DNA of 64,000 nucleotides from assembly GCA_008373095.1 (NCBI GenBank), contig RQOP01000076.1, positions 734 through 64,733 on the forward strand, read 5' to 3'. Below are positions 49,543 through 58,144 of this stretch, one piece after another. Numbering within the stretch: the stretch's first letter is position 1; the number at the start of each line of letters is the position of its first letter. The translations under genes and the position numbers were made by a program. The DNA is from SAR202 cluster bacterium. GTDB lineage: Bacteria > Chloroflexota > Dehalococcoidia > Lucifugimonadales > UBA826. The notes beneath the pieces are model-generated. The model was not told the DNA's origin. It saw only the letters and a program-made list of their open reading frames with translations, and made no database searches.

Positions 49543-50220
49543 ATGAATTTGTTATTAATGAGTGGAGGTAGACATCCATATGAGGAATCCACCCCGGTTT
49601 TAAAAGAGTTTTTAGAGGGGGCTGGTCATACTGTTACGGTCAGGGAAGATGCAGATGCTTTAACTGATGGGACTTTAGGCAGGTCGGATGCTTTGATTTT
49701 TAACACTCTGCGAGAGGGGGATATGGCCCTAGATCCTGACCAACAGAACGCTTTAAAGGGATATATCAGCTCCGGCAATGGTTTTGTCTGTATTCACATA
49801 TCAGGTTGCGTTCCCGATACCTGGAATGACTATGGAGATATCACCGGGGGGGGATGGGTGATGGGTCAGAGTTTCCACCCTCCATACAGCAATTTTTCTG
49901 TTGATGTTTCTAACAGCGAACACCCATGTGCAACAGAGCTTGCTTCATTCAGCACTGATGATGAGCTGTATATGAATATAGATTACAGAGAAGGGAATGA
50001 TGTATTCGTCACTGCTGATTTTGAGGGAGGGGTTTACGGAAAAAATAGAGCAGGCGCTGAGGATATGGAAATGGCAGGAGGAACTTTTCCACTGGCTTGG
50101 ACTAGGTCCTACGGTACTGGCAAAGTTTTTGTAACCCTTCTGGGGCATGACGGAAAAAGTCATCAGAGCAAAGGGTTTCAGGAATTAGTATTAAACGGAG
50201 TAGACTGGGTTAATAGCTAA
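49543..50220 (+). CDS. ThuA-domain protein (class I glutamine-amidotransferase-like fold)
   Basis: GG.HPYEE....L.EFL...GH.V.......AL.......DALIFNT......L...Q..AL..YI..GNGFVCIH......W..Y..I.GG.W....SFHPPY..F.V.V....HP......F...DELY...PLAWTR.YG.GKVFVTLLGHD matches the ThuA pattern. Confidence 0.75.
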   Translation: MNLLLMSGGRHPYEESTPVLKEFLEGAGHTVTVREDADALTDGTLGRSDALIFNTLREGDMALDPDQQNALKGYISSGNGFVCIHISGCVPDTWNDYGDITGGGWVMGQSFHPPYSNFSVDVSNSEHPCATELASFSTDDELYMNIDYREGNDVFVTADFEGGVYGKNRAGAEDMEMAGGTFPLAWTRSYGTGKVFVTLLGHDGKSHQSKGFQELVLNGVDWVNS

Positions 50221-50227
50221 ACTTTTG

Positions 50228-50404
50228 TCACGGGTTGAGGTGGTCTATGGCTGCCTCAGCCCAGACTCTTAGATTGTTGTCCAAATCTTCTCCGCAATGT
50301 GGACATTCGTAGTCTCCTGTACTCCATCTCATGCCACATCCAGGACACGGCTGTATATTGTCTAGAAAATTTATCAGAAACTGGATTTTCTCTTCCTTGT
50401 TCAA
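50228..50404 (-). CDS. small zinc-ribbon protein (58 aa; below the ORF-track length cut-off)
   Basis: My translation gives (M)NKEEKIQFLINFLDNIQPCPGCGMRWSTGDYECPHCGEDLDNNLRVWAEAAIDHLNP with two CxxC pairs. The TTG start overlaps the kdgK stop and has GGAG 8 nt upstream. Confidence 0.4.
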   Translation of the reverse strand: MNKEEKIQFLINFLDNIQPCPGCGMRWSTGDYECPHCGEDLDNNLRVWAEAAIDHLNP

Positions 50405-51345
50405 CCCATTTGCTCCATGTATTTTTTGTGTAAACCGTATATGACTTCGCCTTTAGCCATACCACTTAGAGCCCCACGGCCAGTGATATTCATGCCTGCT
50501 GAGATATTTGCGAGGCACGCTGCCTCATAATGGCTCATTCCATTCATGATTCCATGAAGGAAGGCCCCATTAAAGGCGTCACCTGCACCTGTGGTATCTA
50601 CGACTTTCTCCCTTTGGTAAGGGTCGAGGTCAATTGTATTGCCATCATGGTATATAGAAGACCCTAAATGCCCCTTTTTCACAACGACAATTTTGATTCC
50701 TCTGGCAGTAGATTCACTTATTATTTTATTGGTGTTATTGGTTCCAAAGAGGGCCTCGGAGTCCGCTGGCAGACTAGGCATGAAAATGTCGACGAATGGT
50801 AGTAATTCTTCCATAGCTTCACGAGCTGTTTCAAAGCTCCATAACTGATGCCTGTAATTAGGATCATATGAAACAGTTATGTTTTTCTCATTTGCTCTTT
50901 TGGCAGCTTCTAGAACAGTTTTCCTTGAGGAATCAGAGATGGCCTGGGCTATCCCACTACAATGCAATATTTTTGCCGACGATAAATAATTTTCATCAAT
51001 ATGGTCAGGCGTTAGGTAGGTTGGGGCACTACCAGAGCGATAATAAACGAATTCTCTGTCTCCATCGTCTTTTGTTGCCACAAAATGCGCTGCGTTAAAA
51101 CCTGGAATAGTTTTGATTTGAGATATATCTATTCCTTCATCCGTAAAGGAGTTTCTCAGGTATGTCTGAAACGGGTCGTCCCCTAGTAGAGTTATGTATC
51201 CGGTTGAGGTACCTAGTCGTCCAGCTGCTACTAATATATTAAAACTATCGCCTGCCAAAGATCGCTGGAAAACTCTGGAGGATTCCATTGGTTCTTCGGA
51301 AAACAATTCAATCATGCATTCTCCGATACTAATTAAGTCAGGCAT
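50401..51345 (-). CDS. kdgK: 2-dehydro-3-deoxygluconokinase-like PfkB sugar kinase
   Basis: N-terminal ISIGECMIEL and GDSFN, plus C-terminal VVDTTGAGDAFNGAFLHG (the PfkB signature 2). Confidence 0.82.
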   Translation of the reverse strand: MPDLISIGECMIELFSEEPMESSRVFQRSLAGDSFNILVAAGRLGTSTGYITLLGDDPFQTYLRNSFTDEGIDISQIKTIPGFNAAHFVATKDDGDREFVYYRSGSAPTYLTPDHIDENYLSSAKILHCSGIAQAISDSSRKTVLEAAKRANEKNITVSYDPNYRHQLWSFETAREAMEELLPFVDIFMPSLPADSEALFGTNNTNKIISESTARGIKIVVVKKGHLGSSIYHDGNTIDLDPYQREKVVDTTGAGDAFNGAFLHGIMNGMSHYEAACLANISAGMNITGRGALSGMAKGEVIYGLHKKYMEQMG

Positions 51346-51349
51346 TCTT

Positions 51350-52414
51350 TTAGAAATTAGCCCTTACTTTCTCTGGAGAACAGGCTTTCATAACGTCCAA
51401 AGTTCCATCAACTGTTCCAGGTCTAGAAGAAACAACTCTGACAATAGTATGGTCAAGTCCTTTAGAAATCCGAGCAAATTCAGCAGCAGCATTTTCGGCA
51501 TTTCCGAAATAACCTACAGTCCTTAATAAATCTACAGGGAATGCATCAGCCACTTCATCTCTGGAGGCACCCTTCTTCCGCATTTCGTCGAGTTCTGCAA
51601 GCTCTGAGGTGAACCCCATCCTTTCGAAATGAGCCCTGTAACCAAAGGATCGTTCCTTTTCAGTTGGCACAGTCGCCCCCAATGCATATTGCATGGTCGC
51701 TTTGGCTAGTGCGATTCGAGCTCGGTCTTCGTCTTCATCTACGCATATTCTTATATATTCCGAGACTTTTATTTCAGAAGGATCTCTACCAACTTTTTCG
51801 GCGCCTTCAGCGATTCTGTCCCTGCTCCAGGCTACTTGTTCTGGAGCACACCAATTTAGTGCAGCTCCATCGGCAAGTTCACCGGCTAGTTGTAGCATTT
51901 TGGGACCCAGTGCTCCTAGATAAACTGGTGTTTTGGGAAGAGGATTGATGGACATTCTTCCACCTTTCATGATTCCTACATCGCCTTCGTAATCTGTTTT
52001 ACCTTCGTTGACCAGTTCCTTTATTATCGATATGTAGTCTCGCATTAAGGAGAGTGCAGACATTTTTGGTAGACCTATCGTCCGCCGAACATCTGGCCTG
52101 TATGCTCCTCCCGCTCCTATGCCCATAATGAATTTTCCTCCAGTCATATGGCTGACTGTTCCTCCTGTCATTGCAAATGCCATTGGCGTTCGCCACATGA
52201 CTGGGGAGACAGCTATGCCTGTTTCCAATCCTCCATCCACTATTTCATTGGATGCTGCCCATCTCATTAAGCAAACCTGGTAGGAGTCCATTTGACCTGG
52301 TACCTCTGGAGTCCAAATACTTTGATAACCAAGCCTGGCCGCTTCTCTAGACATTTCTTTTTGTTGTTCTATGTCCAATCTTAGAGTTGGATCGAGACCG
52401 ATACCGATATCCAT
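51350..52414 (-). CDS. LLM-class F420/flavin-dependent oxidoreductase
   Basis: GIGL......L......A..A..LGY.S.WT.E, GGKFIMGIGAGG and YLGALGPKMLQLAGELADGA are typical of luciferase-like F420-dependent enzymes. Confidence 0.82.
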   Translation of the reverse strand: MDIGIGLDPTLRLDIEQQKEMSREAARLGYQSIWTPEVPGQMDSYQVCLMRWAASNEIVDGGLETGIAVSPVMWRTPMAFAMTGGTVSHMTGGKFIMGIGAGGAYRPDVRRTIGLPKMSALSLMRDYISIIKELVNEGKTDYEGDVGIMKGGRMSINPLPKTPVYLGALGPKMLQLAGELADGAALNWCAPEQVAWSRDRIAEGAEKVGRDPSEIKVSEYIRICVDEDEDRARIALAKATMQYALGATVPTEKERSFGYRAHFERMGFTSELAELDEMRKKGASRDEVADAFPVDLLRTVGYFGNAENAAAEFARISKGLDHTIVRVVSSRPGTVDGTLDVMKACSPEKVRANF

Positions 52415-52451
52415 GCAATTACCTCATATTGTTTCTGGTTTGGGAATTAAT

Positions 52452-54041
52452 TTAATTTTTTTCTATCAAGGCCATTTCTGTAGAAAACCATATGGCCATT
52501 GATCCACCTCTGTCATCATAACCATATTCTGCTTTTCTATAGATGTAGTCACTTCTTTTTTGTTGGAATCCTGTTCCTGAACATACATCAATCAAATCTC
52601 CGTTGTCATTGATCCTCTTTTTTGATGCGGCCCAAACTTTTTCAAGAATGGGTAAATATGATTCACTCAGCCATCCTTTTCTTATTCCGCGAGCTAACAC
52701 ATATCCAATCATGCAGGTTACGGACAATTCTTGGTAGGTTCCAGGTAAATCTATTAGTTGAGGCCATGTTCCATTTGGTAATTGATGACTAATCATTCCA
52801 TCCAAATGTTTTATGTGGATATCCAATACTTGATTTCGAAGAGGGTATTCGATTGGCATGTAATTAAGGGCCTCAGAAAAAGCTAAGGCGGCAAATCCGT
52901 TTCCTCTTCCCCAAAAATATGGAGTAGTCCTGTTGTGCCAGAAAAGTCCATTGGTTTGTTGAACTCCAGCTTCAAGTAAAAAATCTACATATCGATCAAC
53001 ATAGGTGGAGTCGTTGGTGACCTTAAAGGCTCTGCCCATCATTGCAGCGATGAAGAACATATCCTCACAGCCAAATTCAGGATGGCATGGGTTTGGAGAA
53101 ATACCTTTTGGGACATTTTCGTAGGTGTTTGCTGCCTTTAAAAGCAGATCCTTCCATGTTTTGTCCTTTGAGGCCCTAAACAGGTCTTCGGCCCAACACA
53201 TTGCCGCAATATTCGGCCCTGAATTATTGTTATTTTCGAAATTAGAGTTTTCATTTAGGAAATTAACAAGGTTTGATATTCCCTCAACAGGGTCAGGATA
53301 ATTTGGATCTATTTCTTTTAGTCTAAGTCTGCCGCTTATAGAGACACCTTGTACGTAATTGATTGGCTCATCCAGCTTGTATCCATATACCTTCCCGAGG
53401 TGGTTACTGACTTCTAGTGCACTTCTTTCAACAAGGCTCTGCTGTTCCTTTGCGGCCTTTGATATGACAGGGTCTGATTCAATTATTTTCCTGATTAAAT
53501 TAATGAAAATTTCATTTATGTTGTCGTTGGGCGCAGTAATCCTAATTCCAGGGATTGGCCCAGGGGTTGGACCTAAACCAGAAGCTAGGGCCCCTAAAAG
53601 AGAATTTGTCTCATGGGATATTGAGTCCACAAAATCGTATTTAATTGTTCCACTTGGCCCGATTGATTCTATATAGACCTTATCTTCATTGGTTTCAGTC
53701 AACTCTATTACTAGATCTGGGGCATCCACTGTAATCCATCTCCATAGGTAGAGTTCTTCAGGGTTCTTTAACTCATGAAAGGATTTGGACTGAGGAGGAA
53801 ACTCATAAATTTGATCCGACATGTTCAGTTGGGTGTCAGATGCTATGAAACCAATTTTGTCTGATAACTCATCGATCCCTTTCATTGCGTCTGAAAAAAA
53901 TGTTTCATTAGCCCGGACACCTGATAACCCTCCAATTATTGCAAATCGGTGGATTTTCTCTGAGGAATGATACAAAGAGTTGGTAAATCCCTTGATCGGG
54001 TTTTCAGATTTATCGATACCTACGTTGTACTGGATATTCAA
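52452..54041 (-). CDS. GH105/GH88-like unsaturated uronyl hydrolase with a roughly 200-aa N-terminal domain of unknown function
   Basis: The C-terminal (alpha/alpha)6-type region contains GLFWHNRTTPYFWGRGNGFAALAFSEAL and later IDVCSGTGF, typical of the YteR/UGL families. The N-terminal third has no motif I recognise. TTG start. Confidence 0.65.
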   Translation of the reverse strand: MNIQYNVGIDKSENPIKGFTNSLYHSSEKIHRFAIIGGLSGVRANETFFSDAMKGIDELSDKIGFIASDTQLNMSDQIYEFPPQSKSFHELKNPEELYLWRWITVDAPDLVIELTETNEDKVYIESIGPSGTIKYDFVDSISHETNSLLGALASGLGPTPGPIPGIRITAPNDNINEIFINLIRKIIESDPVISKAAKEQQSLVERSALEVSNHLGKVYGYKLDEPINYVQGVSISGRLRLKEIDPNYPDPVEGISNLVNFLNENSNFENNNNSGPNIAAMCWAEDLFRASKDKTWKDLLLKAANTYENVPKGISPNPCHPEFGCEDMFFIAAMMGRAFKVTNDSTYVDRYVDFLLEAGVQQTNGLFWHNRTTPYFWGRGNGFAALAFSEALNYMPIEYPLRNQVLDIHIKHLDGMISHQLPNGTWPQLIDLPGTYQELSVTCMIGYVLARGIRKGWLSESYLPILEKVWAASKKRINDNGDLIDVCSGTGFQQKRSDYIYRKAEYGYDDRGGSMAIWFSTEMALIEKN

Positions 54042-54058
54042 ATGTTAATCCTGATCGT

Positions 54059-54817
54059 CTATTTTTTGGTGGTAGCTGGCACTATGTTCGCAGCTGAATA
54101 GCCTGCGCCGAATCCATTGTCAATGTTCACCACAGTAATTCCTGGAGCACAGCTGTTTAGCATAGCAAGCAGAGCGGCAACACCTCCTAGGCTAGCCCCA
54201 TATCCTATGCTAGTAGGAACAGCTATTATTGGGCAGTTGACTAGCCCGCCGATCACTGAAGGAAGAGCGCCTTCCATTCCTGCTACAGCCACTATTGCTT
54301 TGGAGTTTTGAATCTCTCCTAACTTATCAAATAGCCTATGTATACCTGCAACACCCACGTCGAAGATTTTATTCACTTTACATCCCATTACTTCGGCCGT
54401 TAGCACGGCTTCCATGGCGACGGGCAAATCTGAGGTGCCTGCACAAACTACAGTTAGACCGCTAACAGGATTTTCATCTGGCTCAGAAATCGCGGTAATC
54501 ACTCTAGCCATGGCGTCATATTTGGCATCAGGTACCCACTCTAGTACTGAGTCATATGCCGCAGGTTCTGCTCTTGTCACTACTACTTTTCCGGAAGTGT
54601 CTAATATAGCCTTTGTGATCTGTTTTATTTGGTCAGGGGTTTTACCCTGCCCAAAAACTACTTCCGGGAAACCCTGTCTGATAGCCCTGTGATGATCTAC
54701 ACGTGCAAATTCAAGGTTTTCGAAAGGCAAATTTCTGAAAAGCTCCACACCTTGGTCTATTGATTTGTTGCCCGATTGTATTTCAGACAGCAGGTCGCGT
54801 ATTTTTGCTTCTTCGAT
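54059..54817 (-). CDS. larB: LarB-type nickel-pincer cofactor biosynthesis protein (AIR-carboxylase-like, NaAD carboxylase/hydrolase)
   Basis: FARVDHHR..R.GFPEVVFGQGKTPDQI, VVCAGTSDLPVAMEA, AVAGMEGALPSVIGGLV.CPIIAVPTS.GYG and VNIDNGFGAG. The track start is GTG at 54748. The upstream in-frame peptide IEEAKIRDLLSEIQSGNKSIDQG looks like a genuine LarB N-terminus, so I extend the gene to ATC 54815-54817, which sits 5 nt after GGAGGA. Confidence 0.78.
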   Translation of the reverse strand: MEEAKIRDLLSEIQSGNKSIDQGVELFRNLPFENLEFARVDHHRAIRQGFPEVVFGQGKTPDQIKQITKAILDTSGKVVVTRAEPAAYDSVLEWVPDAKYDAMARVITAISEPDENPVSGLTVVCAGTSDLPVAMEAVLTAEVMGCKVNKIFDVGVAGIHRLFDKLGEIQNSKAIVAVAGMEGALPSVIGGLVNCPIIAVPTSIGYGASLGGVAALLAMLNSCAPGITVVNIDNGFGAGYSAANIVPATTKK

Positions 54818-54847
54818 GACGTTCCTCCAACTAATTATTTTCTTGTG

Positions 54848-55714
54848 TTAAATTTTCCGAAATTTAGATACTCTTTCTCCAGTACCAATTTCAGTAACAT
54901 ATATTGAACCTTCTTTATCAACTGTAATTCCGTGTCCGTCGGTTATAGAACCCTTTCCAGGATCCTCATCAATTTTCCATCTTGAAACTACTTCCCCGTC
55001 CAAGGTCCATATACTCACTCCACCATGGGGACCCTGTTCTATGCAGTATATGTGGTCTTCGTGTATCCAAACATCTCCAGGACTGGACATATCAGTCCAT
55101 TCCTCTAGGAAACTTCCCTCACTATCAAAGAGTTGAATTCGATCATTTTCACGGTCACAAATGATTATTCTTTCTCTTTCGTCGACCCAGATATTGTGTA
55201 ATAGTGCAAATTCTCCCGGACCGGTACCTTGTTTTCCCCAGGACAATAGCAGCTCGCCGTCTGAACTAAATTTGTGAACCCTATGCCCTCCGTAGCCGTC
55301 TGACACAAAGAGTTCACCTGAAGGAGAAATTGCTAATCCTGAAGGCATATTGAATGGCAGTCCCTGGAAAGATGGAGAAGGGGCCAGTTTTTCTCCTAAA
55401 GTTCGAATAGGTTCTCCTCCAGGAGTGTATTCAGTAGCTATATGGAAATCACGATCGACAAGCCAAACATTGTCATTTGGAGCTATGTAAATCCCGTGTG
55501 GATTGGCAGAAAATGTTCCTTCCCCCCAAGAAGATATGAAGTCCCCCTCCATAGTCCATATAGTGAGAGGGTGTTTGCCTCTGCTAAAGACATAAATTTC
55601 ACCTTTGGAGTTGATAGCGGCATCTGAAGCGGCTCCGAATTCCCAGTATTTGGGCATTTTTGGCCATTCGGGCACTTTTTCATATTTGAAATCCCCACTA
55701 CCTAGAATAGCCAT
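54848..55714 (-). CDS. NHL-repeat six-bladed beta-propeller protein (peptidyl-alpha-hydroxyglycine lyase-like)
   Basis: Repeated blades are present (GEIYVFSRG, NVWLVDRDFH, GELFVSDGYGGHRVHKFSSDGELLLSWG, RIIICDRENDRIQLFDSEGSFLEEW, SIYVTE). Confidence 0.75.
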   Translation of the reverse strand: MAILGSGDFKYEKVPEWPKMPKYWEFGAASDAAINSKGEIYVFSRGKHPLTIWTMEGDFISSWGEGTFSANPHGIYIAPNDNVWLVDRDFHIATEYTPGGEPIRTLGEKLAPSPSFQGLPFNMPSGLAISPSGELFVSDGYGGHRVHKFSSDGELLLSWGKQGTGPGEFALLHNIWVDERERIIICDRENDRIQLFDSEGSFLEEWTDMSSPGDVWIHEDHIYCIEQGPHGGVSIWTLDGEVVSRWKIDEDPGKGSITDGHGITVDKEGSIYVTEIGTGERVSKFRKI

Positions 55715-55872
55715 CGGTTTGCCTCTCAGTTTGCGATTTAGGGGTTTTTGATTTCTACTTTGGTTTTATTTTGCGATCGATTCTACATGTTGATCAACAT
55801 TCAATTCAAAATGAAGCCTGAGATTTTCTTTACCTGTGAAGCAATTGGATGTAACCTAAATAGGCTATTTTT

Positions 55873-55947
55873 CGGGGTGTGGCGCAGCGGTAGCGCGCCT
55901 GTTTTGGGAACAGGAGGCCCTCGGTTCGATCCCGAGCACCCCGACCA
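55873..55947 (+). tRNA. tRNA-Pro (anticodon UGG), CCA encoded
   Basis: Manual fold: acceptor CGGGGTG/CACCCCG, D arm GCGC-AGCGGTA-GCGC, anticodon arm CCTGT-TTTGGGA-ACAGG (positions 34-36 are TGG), T arm CTCGG-TTCGATC-CCGAG, discriminator A, then CCA. Confidence 0.92.
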
Positions 55948-55968
55948 CTAGGCTCAATGATTTGTTGA

Positions 55969-57954
55969 TTAAACTAAGCTAAATTGCACTGTTTGGTCCC
56001 AGAGGTCTACACCGTTCAACTTAAGTTCACATAGACTACCTGGTTTGTATTTTTGCGGCAGGAGACAACGTCCTCTAATTGGATATTCTGTCAGTTCAAT
56101 TACTGCGGTGCGCTCAGGCTGATTTTCCAATACGGTGGCGCTTAATGGCGTTGACGATTGAGCAACTAGAAACTCTTGTGACAGATATTTTAATAGCCAA
56201 TATTTTTTTCTCTTGGACTCATACCTGCGAATTTCCTTTACCCGTATTTCAGATTCGAAACCAATGTTTGATAACTCCTCATTTTCATAAGAGTGAGTAT
56301 TACTCTCAATATATTCAATCGCTTGCCGTTGCAGACATAAATCTGAGAAACGCCTAATTGGTGAGGTTGATTGGCAATATAGGTCTACTCCTAATCCAGA
56401 ATGAACGTCTGAGTCTATCGATATTTTGGCTGGCCTCATATGTTTAGAAGCTCGATACCAATTTAGCAAGTCGGATTTTTCTTTGGGAGGTAGGATCTGT
56501 GATTCTGGCTGATACCTATAGAGAGCCGGGATTCTGTTTGTAGAAAAAAATTCGGCCATTTTTACGTTGTAGACGATCATTAATTCAGATATTAGTTTTT
56601 GGGAAGGGGAGTTGGGTGACGACATTGAAACAGATATCTTGCCTTCTTCCCCAATTTTTATCATAGCGTCAGGTTTGTTGAAAATCTGAGCACCACGTAT
56701 TTCTCTGTCAGTACTGTGAGATTTGGTGAATTTTTGTAATTTGGAAAAGATTTTGTGAAGTTTGTGTTTGGTGTTGTCGAAGATTAGGTCAGCAGATTCA
56801 TATGTAAATGATTGATCAGTATTTATAAAGGTTTTTACGAAATTACTCTTTACTATGTTTGACTTTTCATCAAGGTCCAACACTAAGGATAAGCATAGCC
56901 TTTTTTTATTTGGATTAAGTGAAGCTATGTTTTCAGAAATCTCCTTGGGTAGCATGGGTATGGTGATCTCTGGTAAATATACTGACGACTTTCTGTATTT
57001 TGCTTCCAAGTCAAAGATGGAATCTTTAGCTATAACTGTGGAAGCAGCAGCGATGTGTATCCATATCCGATTGCCATTTTCATCCAAGGAAAAAGCATCG
57101 TCTTTATCAAGAGTGCTTTCATCATCGATAGTGTAAGTTGGTAGATCTGTTAGGTCTTCCCAGTCTTGGTCTGGAAATGCCATTCTTTTTGCTTCTTTAG
57201 CTATCTCCTCTGGGAATACGGTATGTATTTTGAGGGTTTCCAGCTCATAGGGAATGTCTAGGTTAAAGAGCCCCGCAGTTTCAAGTATCTTGAAACCTGT
57301 TTTTTGAAGGTCTCCTTGCGAACCGGCAGTAATATTTTTGATTAAATCAATAGCTTTGGCACTTCGAGTATAGGATTCCCCTAGAACGACAAAGTTTTTC
57401 AAATGATCCAAAAGCTGAAGTTGGTGATCTGTAAGATTAGCAGGTATGGATTTATTAGTAATTGCATCTGCTAGTTCCACTTCATCCCTGCATTCGCGTT
57501 TTGCCTTTCTCTGCTTGGCCTCTGTTGCCTCAACCGTTTCATGAGAATGTATTACCAGGTTGTTTTTGTTCAATGAAAAAAACATTGGATTTTCGTTTAT
57601 GTGGAGATATAGTGCTGCTATCAAATGCGGACTGTTCTTAAGGTCCAATAAATCGGCTATGTCACCTATATCAACATTTTGGTTCCCATTCTTTTCCAAT
57701 TCTTGGGCCATTATTTTCCAGATTTCCTCGAGATTTAACTGAGAACATATCTTTTGGGCTTCAGTAGAAAATTTCCGCATTTCTAGGAAATCATCAATAA
57801 ATACGCCTGACTGATATACCAAGTTTTTTGTAGGCAATTTGGTTTTTTTATTCCTACTAATCCTTACTTCAGTTCGAGCGCCACTTGTCGATTCAGATGT
57901 CGACTCACAAAATTTCAACTCTTTACCGACCAATGCCAGGACTATTTCACCCAT
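55969..57954 (-). CDS. RNB-domain 3'-5' exoribonuclease (RNase II/R family)
   Basis: The catalytic Asp cluster TIDDESTLDKDDAFSL and the SPIRRFSDL motif are present, with a C-terminal S1-like beta-rich tail. Confidence 0.85.
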   Translation of the reverse strand: MGEIVLALVGKELKFCESTSESTSGARTEVRISRNKKTKLPTKNLVYQSGVFIDDFLEMRKFSTEAQKICSQLNLEEIWKIMAQELEKNGNQNVDIGDIADLLDLKNSPHLIAALYLHINENPMFFSLNKNNLVIHSHETVEATEAKQRKAKRECRDEVELADAITNKSIPANLTDHQLQLLDHLKNFVVLGESYTRSAKAIDLIKNITAGSQGDLQKTGFKILETAGLFNLDIPYELETLKIHTVFPEEIAKEAKRMAFPDQDWEDLTDLPTYTIDDESTLDKDDAFSLDENGNRIWIHIAAASTVIAKDSIFDLEAKYRKSSVYLPEITIPMLPKEISENIASLNPNKKRLCLSLVLDLDEKSNIVKSNFVKTFINTDQSFTYESADLIFDNTKHKLHKIFSKLQKFTKSHSTDREIRGAQIFNKPDAMIKIGEEGKISVSMSSPNSPSQKLISELMIVYNVKMAEFFSTNRIPALYRYQPESQILPPKEKSDLLNWYRASKHMRPAKISIDSDVHSGLGVDLYCQSTSPIRRFSDLCLQRQAIEYIESNTHSYENEELSNIGFESEIRVKEIRRYESKRKKYWLLKYLSQEFLVAQSSTPLSATVLENQPERTAVIELTEYPIRGRCLLPQKYKPGSLCELKLNGVDLWDQTVQFSLV

Positions 57955-58144
57955 CTAAATCCCTTTATATTCAGTGGTATAAAACATTATGGATGATTCG
58001 AAAAAATTATTGGTTCTTTGCCAACAGTCCAAATTAGATGTCATTGCAAACATCTTTGATACTGTGCGAATCTTGTAGAAGTATATGATAGGAAAATGGC
58101 GCTCTCAAACCAATGAGATTTTGTGAGCGACTCTGGAGTCAGAT

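Noticed and set aside
50256-50465. 69-aa minus-strand ORF listed in the track
   Set aside because: It overlaps the 3' end of kdgK out of frame and has no motifs. The alternative frame in the same gap encodes a tidy zinc ribbon with an RBS, which I consider more plausible.
54848-54850. Possible stop-codon read-through fusing the NHL protein to LarB (same frame, separated by one TAA)
   Set aside because: A strong GGAGGA RBS lies between them, and the two families are independent proteins elsewhere. The shared frame has a one-in-three chance expectation.
55787-55800. Perfect 14-bp palindrome ATGTTGATCAACAT upstream of tRNA-Pro
   Set aside because: It is real in the sequence, but it is short, AT-rich and single-copy as far as I can see. 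I cannot support an operator, origin or methylation-site role from this window alone.
55873-55947. tRNA-Pro as an integration site for a genomic island
   Set aside because: There is no integrase, no direct repeat of the tRNA 3' end and no compositional break on either side. The flanking genes are ordinary chromosomal functions.
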